Part shown: piece by piece, positions 8,814 to 16,244 of the stretch | Layout of the letters: each line of letters begins with the position of its first letter | Numbering within the stretch: position 1 is the first letter of the stretch | DNA from: Bacteriophage Eos | Sequence record: MN478377.1 | DNA: 32,000 bases | Direction: 5' to 3' (one strand) | Program-made: the position numbers and the translations under genes | The notes under the pieces: generated by a model | What the model was told of the DNA's origin: nothing | The model's input: the letters and a program-made list of their open reading frames with translations, nothing else | Database searches by the model: none

Positions 8814-9284
8814 ATGGATAACTTAGAAAAGATCAGACTAGAACTAGTACGGGAGGCACTATCATTTCCTTTACATAAGTTTCTCAAACGTGACGGCTCT
8901 GTTAATCGCGCGAAGCTGCGACAGATTGAGCCTGATTTCCAGAGCGATGCATTAAAATTCATCTTTATTCGCAAAGCTATTGATGTTCATGGTGTTTTCT
9001 TCGGTTATGAAGAATCAGAGTTCAGGTCTATGCAACAGCAGGTAAAGATCTGGTGTCCAGACCATGAAGGTTATTTTATGCAGTCTGCTAGAAGCCACTT
9101 AGATGGATATGGCTGCCAACGTTGTAGCAAAAGCACAATAGTACGTAAGAATGAATACGGTGAGTTCAGAGTTCCGTGTCCATTACATAAATTCTCAATT
9201 GACGATGATCACATTATTTGGTATAATAAGTTTAATAAATTGAAGTTACCTCTGGAGAATAAAGATGAAAGTAAATATAACTGA
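8814..9284 (+). CDS. hypothetical protein with zinc-ribbon-like module
   Basis: VKIWCPDHEGYFMQSARSHLDGYGCQRCS matches the C..H...F....H..G.GC..C pattern seen in the homing-endonuclease-like gene at 2179. Confidence 0.65.
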   Translation: MDNLEKIRLELVREALSFPLHKFLKRDGSVNRAKLRQIEPDFQSDALKFIFIRKAIDVHGVFFGYEESEFRSMQQQVKIWCPDHEGYFMQSARSHLDGYGCQRCSKSTIVRKNEYGEFRVPCPLHKFSIDDDHIIWYNKFNKLKLPLENKDESKYN

Positions 9285-9789
9285 TAGCTCTGCTTGGAAA
9301 GAAGGTGTAGTTATAGTAATGGATCAGCAGGAATGTAAGGCCGATAAGGACGAACTCCAGTACATGGGACTAAAATCCGCTGAGAGCGAATTTCTAATGG
9401 CCAATTACATGAACCCAGCAACTCTAAGTATTCATGGATGGGAAACAACCTCATGGACGTTTAAGACATTATTTGCTGGCAAGGGCTGGAGAATCCTGCA
9501 ACCAATGGAAAACATCTTCCGAGTCTTCTATGACAGAGAGATTCATTACCAAAAGGATAAAGCCCTACGCAGAGCGTATTTAATTGTAGACAACTTAAAC
9601 CGTACTGCACCATATGCAACTTTAAGATTTAAAAACTACTCTACCCCTAGTGAGCTAGCTTCACATTTAAAAGACGTTTTCGATAGCTTCCCGAATGATG
9701 CATGTCGAGACTCTGTCAACCATATTCAACTGCTAGAAATTCTGGCAGAACGTAATAAAACCGTTGTAGTTTATACTCACAACGCTTAA
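9265..9789 (+). CDS. hypothetical protein
   Basis: 174-aa ORF overlapping previous gene. Confidence 0.65.
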   Translation: MKVNITDSSAWKEGVVIVMDQQECKADKDELQYMGLKSAESEFLMANYMNPATLSIHGWETTSWTFKTLFAGKGWRILQPMENIFRVFYDREIHYQKDKALRRAYLIVDNLNRTAPYATLRFKNYSTPSELASHLKDVFDSFPNDACRDSVNHIQLLEILAERNKTVVVYTHNA

Positions 9790-9798
9790 GGAGAATAT

Positions 9799-10299
9799 AT
9801 GTTTATTCCTAATGAAAAATCTTCACCATTTCCGGTTTCCCGTGTTCGTGAGATCTCCACCACAGACGTCACGCTTAACCGCCAAGAAGTAACGTTGGCA
9901 CTGACTATGGCCGGTTGGAAATGGATTTTCCGTTTCAAATCTCTGGAGTATTACGGTCAGTTTGAGACTATCATCCAGACGATTAAAAACCATGGCAATG
10001 GACGCATTGTGCTTGCCAAGTTTTTGCCAGACTTAGTAACTGTGGCGGATTTACGTGAGGTTAAAATGGACAGTACAGCCTCATTATCTGAAATGATGAA
10101 CGTAAGACCTAATAAACCATTTAATGAGGTTAATCTTCCCTGGCAAAATCGTGATGGGTGGCTTACAAACAAATCTCCCCGTATTGGAGACTCCCATCCA
10201 CCTATTTTTACGATCACCAGCTCTACCGAGGGTACAGATAACGAAATCCGTGCTCTCGTGAAAAGAGTACTGGAATCCAATATAACTAGCAAACAGTAG
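9799..10299 (+). CDS. hypothetical protein
   Basis: 166-aa ORF, AAGGAG upstream. Confidence 0.7.
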   Translation: MFIPNEKSSPFPVSRVREISTTDVTLNRQEVTLALTMAGWKWIFRFKSLEYYGQFETIIQTIKNHGNGRIVLAKFLPDLVTVADLREVKMDSTASLSEMMNVRPNKPFNEVNLPWQNRDGWLTNKSPRIGDSHPPIFTITSSTEGTDNEIRALVKRVLESNITSKQ

Positions 10300-10309
10300 G
10301 CACGCTAAT

Positions 10310-10606
10310 ATGAAATACATCCTTCACAGAACTAATAAACATAACTTTATGCTAGAGACTCCATATGGAACGGCTTTCATTGTAGGTATCGAAGATCATA
10401 CAGTTGCACAAAATATGGATGAATTAACCCATGCACTGAATGAGTCACTCAAGAAAGGATATCTAGTTTCAGATATGGATCTCAAGGCTACGTTATATAA
10501 TTACTCAGATTATGTAACGCAGTGTGCTATTCCAGTACGGAATTCAGTAGTTCCAATGAATGGCTCACTTGAAAAAGCAACTATTATGTCTAAGGTAATG
10601 CAATGA
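10310..10606 (+). CDS. hypothetical protein
   Basis: 98-aa ORF, ATGA overlap with next. Confidence 0.65.
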   Translation: MKYILHRTNKHNFMLETPYGTAFIVGIEDHTVAQNMDELTHALNESLKKGYLVSDMDLKATLYNYSDYVTQCAIPVRNSVVPMNGSLEKATIMSKVMQ

Positions 10607-10983
10607 GAATTCTAGCAAAACGCGCAAGAACCAGCTTCCACTGGTTCTTATTCTTTGAAAATGCTCCCAATACATTTTGGATGTTTGAAGGGGATGTTCC
10701 AGTAGCTCTCCGAGAGTTTATTAAGCAACATAACAAAATGGTTGAGAAAGGAATTAGTTCTCTATCTAGTCATCAGGATCTCCTAGAGAACATCTGCAAT
10801 CGATTTAATACTCTAACTACTAAGTATGATTTGGGGGAACATAATGAGTTTATGACAGCTCTGGTGATTCAAGATCAGTCTCTACAAGTGGGCTCCTTAA
10901 GCCAGTGGTACAAAATGCCAACTGCGTTGACCAACCCAGGACATGTTCAGGTTGAAATTGACAAACTTAATACAGGAAACTAA
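10603..10983 (+). CDS. hypothetical protein
   Basis: 126-aa ORF. Confidence 0.65.
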   Translation: MRILAKRARTSFHWFLFFENAPNTFWMFEGDVPVALREFIKQHNKMVEKGISSLSSHQDLLENICNRFNTLTTKYDLGEHNEFMTALVIQDQSLQVGSLSQWYKMPTALTNPGHVQVEIDKLNTGN

Positions 10984-10984
10984 G

Positions 10985-11239
10985 ATGCCAACTCCTATTG
11001 TTCATGAAGTTTACGGCAAGTTTGCTCGTCTCGAGCTGAACGCCGAGTTTTATGTAATTCGTTGGGAGAAGATGCCTAACACCATTTCTCCTGACCACAA
11101 CAAAGCAATCCTAATAGATTACATCTGCAACCAGATCTATGACCTAGAACGTGTGTGGAGTAAATACATCCATAATCCACTAGAGCTACTAGGCTTCGAT
11201 CACATTATGAATGTCGGATATGTACATAAAGGACACTGA
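10985..11239 (+). CDS. hypothetical protein
   Basis: in-frame ATG at 10985 (MPTPIVHEVYGKF...) directly after the upstream stop is a more likely start than 10943. Confidence 0.6.
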   Translation: MPTPIVHEVYGKFARLELNAEFYVIRWEKMPNTISPDHNKAILIDYICNQIYDLERVWSKYIHNPLELLGFDHIMNVGYVHKGH

Positions 11240-11290
11240 TTTTATGGCTTTGCAGAGTAGCCTCGAACTCTGCACTAAAAGGAAAATGCA

Positions 11291-11698
11291 ATGAAATATT
11301 CTACTTTAATTCACAGACAAATTACCTCCCAGACAAACATCATCGTCCGTAGCTTAGCTGGGTGTATTCCTCAGCTCACGGATAATTTAGACGAGGACTT
11401 CGATATCTTGTTAGTCGGATATCTTCGTACTCAGGGTAGACCAGAAGAAGTGTTATTCGTTTACTCTAGTAACCATGAAGCATGTTTCAACGAAGAAGAG
11501 GTAGAAGCAATTGAGAATATTGTAGATATGTTAGCCAGAGAATGCAAATCTAAGAATGAGTTCAAAATTAGATGGGCACAAGAAGTTCAATTCATGAAGG
11601 AGCTATTCGAGTACGATCTAGACTATGACCACTACGGAATGAAAGAACACTTCATGAGAGAATCAACCTCTTATGGTGAGAGAACGGTGGATATCTAA
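11291..11698 (+). CDS. hypothetical acidic protein
   Basis: 135-aa ORF. Confidence 0.7.
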   Translation: MKYSTLIHRQITSQTNIIVRSLAGCIPQLTDNLDEDFDILLVGYLRTQGRPEEVLFVYSSNHEACFNEEEVEAIENIVDMLARECKSKNEFKIRWAQEVQFMKELFEYDLDYDHYGMKEHFMRESTSYGERTVDI

Positions 11699-12426
11699 TG
11701 AACGTAGAGAATCTGAAGTTAATCATTCGTCTAGCTAAGGAATGTAACCAGAAAAGATTCTCTGAGTTAGATGAAATTCACCAGCAAGCTGCACTCGTAG
11801 TAGGAGATATCTGGAAAGTATCTATTAAGAATGGCAAGATCGTTCAGGATACTAAGGAAGGTGGACTATCAGCATTGTGTGCCAATTATCCTAGGATTAA
11901 GCAAGCATTAATGTTGATTAGTGAACCTATTACAGGTATGAGTCATTCCTCAATGTTAATTGAGATTGATCAGCCTTTACCCCCAACTACCGACGTTACA
12001 TTCCAAGAAGCTGTAGAGTTATTCCCTAGTTGGAACACTCCGGCTAGAAAGGAAGACGCAGCTCACTTACCGCCTGCTAAGTTACCAAATAATACAAGGT
12101 ACGAACGTGACAAGGTAACCAATTTCAACTATTGGGATATTGGTATCGGAATTGCACAAACCATCGTTGCCATTAAATGTGACATGATAATTTCTAAACA
12201 AATAGAAGCTATCATCGGAATTGCACATAAGTATCCGGAGGAATTTGCCAAGATCTGCCAGCGGCTAGGGTTAGATCCTGATCCAATATTCCAGACTTTA
12301 CCAAGTCAAGATCTTCCTAGAGGATCTATTACGTATAGTAAAGATATGTTCCCAACTTCATACGTGGCAACCTATGTAGCTCTGGCATACCAAGGCAAGT
12401 TTCTCCGAGCCGAAATGGAATTGTAA
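11698..12426 (+). CDS. hypothetical protein
   Basis: 242-aa ORF, start overlaps previous stop. Confidence 0.75.
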   Translation: MNVENLKLIIRLAKECNQKRFSELDEIHQQAALVVGDIWKVSIKNGKIVQDTKEGGLSALCANYPRIKQALMLISEPITGMSHSSMLIEIDQPLPPTTDVTFQEAVELFPSWNTPARKEDAAHLPPAKLPNNTRYERDKVTNFNYWDIGIGIAQTIVAIKCDMIISKQIEAIIGIAHKYPEEFAKICQRLGLDPDPIFQTLPSQDLPRGSITYSKDMFPTSYVATYVALAYQGKFLRAEMEL

Positions 12427-12433
12427 AGTTCAC

Positions 12434-12462
12434 TTGACGAGAATATAACTGCATGTTATAAT
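12434..12462 (+). promoter_or_regulatory. strong sigma70-like promoter
   Basis: TTGACG (12434-12439), 17 bp, TATAAT (12457-12462). Confidence 0.78.
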
Positions 12463-12468
12463 AATCTC

Positions 12469-12665
12469 ATAGATAGAACATTTACATTAAATGATTCTGG
12501 CTAGGACTTAGATTATATACTCTAGGAACACAGTGTGTGAGGAGGCCCACGACGCAATCACATGATGTTTCCATGAGTCTTATTAATCTACGTCCGCCAG
12601 CCAGAATATCCGATGAGAAAAGAGGGAAGTTGTATTTAAAAATCAACCCCTCTTTATTTAAACAC
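12469..12665 (+). ncRNA. candidate small RNA transcript between strong promoter and hairpin/U-rich end
   Basis: promoter at 12434-12462; stem GAGGG(aa)GTTG-tatttaaaaat-CAACCCCTC followed by TTTATTT; no convincing ORF inside. Confidence 0.4.
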
Positions 12666-13008
12666 GGTTGTACAACCACTCACGAAGGTTTTCCTAAGTT
12701 TACTAGGAATCTATACAAACCTCCCACCTTTTCTTTCTGCTTCTTACAATCCCCACATGTTTTCACAAGACCTCACATAATCTTCACACACCCACACGCT
12801 TTTCACCTGCTCTAGCAACATCTTCTGTCCAAACTCTAGCAATCCACAAGACAATTACCCACAAACTCCAGAGTTTTCCCATAAACACATAGTACCACTA
12901 TCACCTCAGTCGCTTCGCTGATAGGGCGGTTACCTCATACAGGGGGGTTATAGGGAGGGCGGTTATTTTTGAAGTCACTTTTTTGGAAACACATTTTCTG
13001 GAAACCCT

Positions 13009-13610
13009 TATCGGATTTGCACATAGTAACTCTTGCAAAATGCCATCGGTTTTGCACATATATAATTTAAAACGATTTGTCAAGCCTTTTTTGCCGGGCG
13101 AAGCCCGTATGATTGCTTGGTTTTTAGAGCCACAAGAATTTTCCCCTGTCAAGTCCTTTTACCCCCATTTAACTCGTAATATTTTCTACTACGAGCTATC
13201 TCCCCATTTATCCCCGATTTTCCAATTTTATCCCCTTGCCTCCCTTCGGTCGGAAATCTCATTAATCCCCAACACCTATCGGATTTGCACATACTCTCAC
13301 GCCATACCCCACAAACTCACGCTAACTAAAATTAGTGTCGGATAAGCACATATCTACAGAACTCCTAGCAACTCGAGCAATCTCCTGTGGTAGCGGCTTG
13401 CCTGTTGCGCCAGCAACGGTTTGCCCGGGGTTTGGGTGGACTTGTCGGATTCGCACACTATTATCGGATTCGCCCATTACCCACCAACAAAAAGTAAAAT
13501 CGGATTTGCACATAGGGTGGGGGCGGTAAAAATAATTTATTGTCGGATTCGCACATATGCTGGCAGCCTCATGTAACATCGGATTTGCACATATGTCGGT
13601 TTTGCACATA
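13009..13610 (+). repeat. iteron-like array, consensus RTCGGATTTGCACATA, ten same-strand copies
   Basis: copies starting near 13010, 13045, 13278, 13337, 13444, 13463, 13499, 13542, 13578, 13595. Confidence 0.9.
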
Positions 13611-13672
13611 AGCGCAGGGCAGATGGGGCAAAGGGTCGGACGAGAATGAGAAGCGTTTCGGAAGCGGAATGC

Positions 13673-13693
13673 GAATGAGAACGATTCTCATTC
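13673..13693. repeat. near-perfect palindrome (9-bp arms)
   Basis: GAATGAGAA-cga-TTCTCATTC. Confidence 0.85.
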
Positions 13694-13705
13694 CGGGAGT
13701 TGAAT

Positions 13706-13792
13706 GCGAATGAGAATGATTTGCATTTAGAAAGTGGAATGATTCGCATTTACAAAGTTGAACGCGAATGAGAATGATTTGCATTTAGAAAG
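13706..13792 (+). repeat. 29-bp perfect direct repeat, two copies
   Basis: GCGAATGAGAATGATTTGCATTTAGAAAG at 13706-13734 and 13764-13792. Confidence 0.93.
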
Positions 13793-13814
13793 GGAAGTGA
13801 GAATCACTATCATT

Positions 13815-14000
13815 TGAGTTATCCACAGCTTTATACATTTTGTAAATTTGCTTGACAGGATTCTAGCGATTTTGAGGAGTTATCCACAGACTTACTAACA
13901 GGTTATCCTACTGGATAAATATACAGTAGTTTCTGATAGCAGCTTATGCTAATGTCGATTTTAAGGGGTCTAGAACGCTCTAGGAGCGATTTAAATTTTG
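13815..14000 (-). repeat. left copy of inverted ori-like module
   Basis: reverse complement aligns imperfectly with 17560-17731. Confidence 0.8.
13819..13888 (+). promoter_or_regulatory. two perfect DnaA boxes TTATCCACA
   Basis: TTATCCACA at 13819-13827 and 13880-13888. Confidence 0.85.
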
Positions 14001-14152
14001 GGGAGGTATTAAAGTGTAGGTTTATGGATGCTGGTGGTAAAGCCCCTTACAGCAAGGGGCAATCGTTACGCTTTGCAAGCTCGCGCCATTCATCGCGTAA
14101 ACGCGAAGCAATGCGGCGCTCCTGCCATTTTTTAAACCATCGTTTCATTTTA

Positions 14153-14395
14153 TTAGTCCTGTATCATTTCATTCTCAAACACGTTATAAACTCCGGTAAT
14201 TTCTGTATCCCGCGATCCGTAACAGTCAATCTCTCTACCCTCTCCACAATTAGCGGCTACCCACTGCCCCAGCGAGTCAGTATCTTCTGCTGTTTTGTGT
14301 TGCTCCAGAAATTCCCTGTATTGCTCCGGTGTTAGCTCATGCTCAATAACAGTGATCTCTTTACGCTCATGATACAGATGAATTTTTACAGCCAT
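14153..14395 (-). CDS. hypothetical acidic protein
   Basis: MAVKIHLYHERKEITVIEHELTPEQYREFLEQHK...; GGGAGC upstream; last gene of minus-strand cluster. Confidence 0.65.
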   Translation of the reverse strand: MAVKIHLYHERKEITVIEHELTPEQYREFLEQHKTAEDTDSLGQWVAANCGEGREIDCYGSRDTEITGVYNVFENEMIQD

Positions 14396-14526
14396 GCCAT
14401 TGCTCCCAAAATAAGAATGATTATCAGTAGCATTACGCCACCGGATGAGAAACGCAAGCGGGAGCGATGCTTACCCGCTTCATTACTGTTTTTGTGGCGC
14501 GCCGTTCTATTCCACAATTTATTCAT
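14386..14526 (-). CDS. small membrane protein (46 aa), absent from ORF track
   Basis: MNKLWNRTARHKNSNEAGKHRSRLRFSSGGVMLLIIILILGAMAWL; GGAGAAG 6-10 nt upstream; overlaps both neighbours. Confidence 0.5.
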   Translation of the reverse strand: MNKLWNRTARHKNSNEAGKHRSRLRFSSGGVMLLIIILILGAMAWL

Positions 14527-14641
14527 GGTTATCTTCTCCATAGTCAATATGTGGGGTGGAATAGCTAGCCTGCGCCCGTGGAAGACTAAAGGTGGAAGCT
14601 AGCACAAAAGCGATAACAATAATTACAAAACAACGTTTCAT
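14519..14641 (-). CDS. small predicted exported peptide (40 aa), absent from ORF track
   Basis: MKRCFVIIVIAFVLASTFSLPRAQA-SYSTPHIDYGEDNHE; AAGGAGAT just upstream of ATG; ATGA overlap with preceding gene. Confidence 0.55.
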   Translation of the reverse strand: MKRCFVIIVIAFVLASTFSLPRAQASYSTPHIDYGEDNHE

Positions 14642-14865
14642 TCTTTGATCTCCTTTGCGTTAAACGTAGCGTTAATCACCGGGTAAATAATATTGCCGTT
14701 ACTGTATAAATAACCAGATAGAAACATTCCATTAATAACCCCAGTAACAATAATATATTTGTTGTTAGGGAGGAAGCTATTATCTTCTACCGCCTCGAAT
14801 TGTTGCCCCGCTTTTACAATATCGGTATGTTTAGAGGTTACTACAGTAACGAGAAACTTTCTCAT
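14638..14865 (-). CDS. hypothetical protein
   Basis: MRKFLVTVVTSKHTDIVKAGQQFEAVEDNS...; TGGAG upstream; ATGA overlap with next gene. Confidence 0.65.
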   Translation of the reverse strand: MRKFLVTVVTSKHTDIVKAGQQFEAVEDNSFLPNNKYIIVTGVINGMFLSGYLYSNGNIIYPVINATFNAKEIKE

Positions 14866-15010
14866 CTTGCTATCTCCATTAAGGGAACTACTGAATTAAG
14901 ACTATAACATAAACCATGATAGGATTTACCTATTAATTCTAAATGAGAAAAATTCCTATTAGTGAGATCTCCCTCCAGACGTGCCAATGTACCTTTTGAG
15001 AGGAAAATGG

Positions 15011-15030
15011 CTTAGAACGCGTTACAGGAG
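15011..15030 (+). repeat. 20-bp repeat CTTAGAACGCGTTACAGGAG (copy 1)
   Basis: identical 20-mer at 17572-17591. Confidence 0.95.
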
Positions 15031-15091
15031 CTTTTAGACGGTATGGATATTTATACAGTGCTTTCCTAGCAAAAATTTAAAAAACTTGTTT

Positions 15092-15121
15092 GCAAAACTG
15101 GATTTTTTCTTGATATAATAT
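15092..15121 (+). promoter_or_regulatory. sigma70-like promoter for 15154 gene
   Basis: TTGCAA, 18 bp, TATAAT. Confidence 0.7.
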
Positions 15122-15153
15122 CTCTACCGATTAACGAGGAAGGAAACAAAAAG

Positions 15154-16182
15154 ATGTTTCAATATAAACCAACTGAAAATGTCAGTATGGCTAAAGGTGG
15201 TTTACGTAATATGCTGGACGGCTCAAAAGCTGTTAGTATTAGTCACCTTAACCAAGAAAGCAACTTTATAGAAGAAACCGTAGCAGAAAGTTATGGTGAT
15301 TCTAACGTTGAACGATATTCAGAATATCGGGATTGGTTAGTTTCAAAAGCGGGTAGCTCTGATTTTGGTTTAGTCTTATATGACCAGAATCACTATATTT
15401 TGAAACACCGTTCTGAAGCTGACATTGACACTGTAGTTATAAACAGTGATCGCACTGTTTATCTATATAGTAGTAGCGGGCGATTAGTTCACCGCATTAC
15501 TTTACCACGTGAATTTAATTTAGATTTCACCTCTAGCGTTTATGACCTGTTAGAGCATATCGCCTCTTTTAGTAGCTTTAAGGTAGGCATTACTGAAAGT
15601 CAGATTATGCAAACTTATTTTATGTTGACGGCTATTGATAAGTTTGGCATGATCTATTCGTTCGGTGAAGCGCAAGACGGAGAGCATGACTCTCATTATC
15701 GCTTGACAGGTCTGAAAGAAACCCCTAACATTACCGAAGTTAAACAAAACGTAGTTTCAAATTCTAATCAATCTGGAGAAGTAAAAATGGCTAACAATAC
15801 CAATAAAGTGACCGCTATCGTAACTGCTAACAAAACCGCCGCGCAGAATGCCGCTAAAATTGAAGCTGGTACTATTGCGATCAATAAACTGGCTAACCTG
15901 TTAGCGCCTAAAATGCCTTTCGGCACTTCTGGCTACCTGAAAACCCCGTTGGGTAAAGTGGTATTGGCTAACGTGGTTAACTTTGCTATTCAGCAGTACG
16001 CCGCTAATAACCCGAAAGCAAAAGTGATCGGTGAAGCTGTAATGGATGCTGCCGCGCTTGAACTGGTACAATCTTTCAACGTTGGCGCGATGATCGATGA
16101 TCTGATCGGTTCGGTCAATCTCACTGGTCTAGTACCGGATGAAGACGCCGAAGGTTTAGCGAAATATCGCGTAACTGAATAA
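15154..16182 (+). CDS. T5-like pre-early protein, unknown function
   Basis: 342-aa ORF between promoter and terminator; SD AGGAAGG. Confidence 0.82.
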   Translation: MFQYKPTENVSMAKGGLRNMLDGSKAVSISHLNQESNFIEETVAESYGDSNVERYSEYRDWLVSKAGSSDFGLVLYDQNHYILKHRSEADIDTVVINSDRTVYLYSSSGRLVHRITLPREFNLDFTSSVYDLLEHIASFSSFKVGITESQIMQTYFMLTAIDKFGMIYSFGEAQDGEHDSHYRLTGLKETPNITEVKQNVVSNSNQSGEVKMANNTNKVTAIVTANKTAAQNAAKIEAGTIAINKLANLLAPKMPFGTSGYLKTPLGKVVLANVVNFAIQQYAANNPKAKVIGEAVMDAAALELVQSFNVGAMIDDLIGSVNLTGLVPDEDAEGLAKYRVTE

Positions 16183-16190
16183 TTAATTCT

Positions 16191-16216
16191 GCCCCTTCTA
16201 ATTGAGGGGGCTTTAT
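16191..16216 (+). terminator. intrinsic terminator
   Basis: GCCCCTTctaattGAGGGGGCTTTATT. Confidence 0.8.
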
Positions 16217-16244
16217 TAATTGTTCCCTAACTGGAGATAGTAAC

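Noticed and set aside
9957-10320. Minus-strand ORFs 9957..10292 and 10084..10320
   Set aside because: Antisense shadows of the 9799..10299 gene in a uniformly + strand operon.
12537-12815. 92-aa + strand ORF after the strong promoter
   Set aside because: Weak start context, reads through a hairpin and a low-complexity C-rich tract; better explained as non-coding.
13009-13610. Possible CRISPR array
   Set aside because: Repeats are 16 bp, degenerate, with spacers from ~1 to >200 bp; pattern is iteron-like, not CRISPR.
12901-13784. ORFs on both strands (12901..13152 -, 12983..13345 +, 13322..13609 -, 13335..13529 +, 13537..13749 -, 13569..13784 -)
   Set aside because: They overlap the iteron array; recurring peptides such as MCKTD/MCKSD/MCKIR are translations of the repeat, not proteins.
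13946-14602. + strand ORFs 13946..14335 and 14339..14602
   Set aside because: Antisense to the well-supported overlapping minus-strand mini-operon, with no good SD or protein-like composition.
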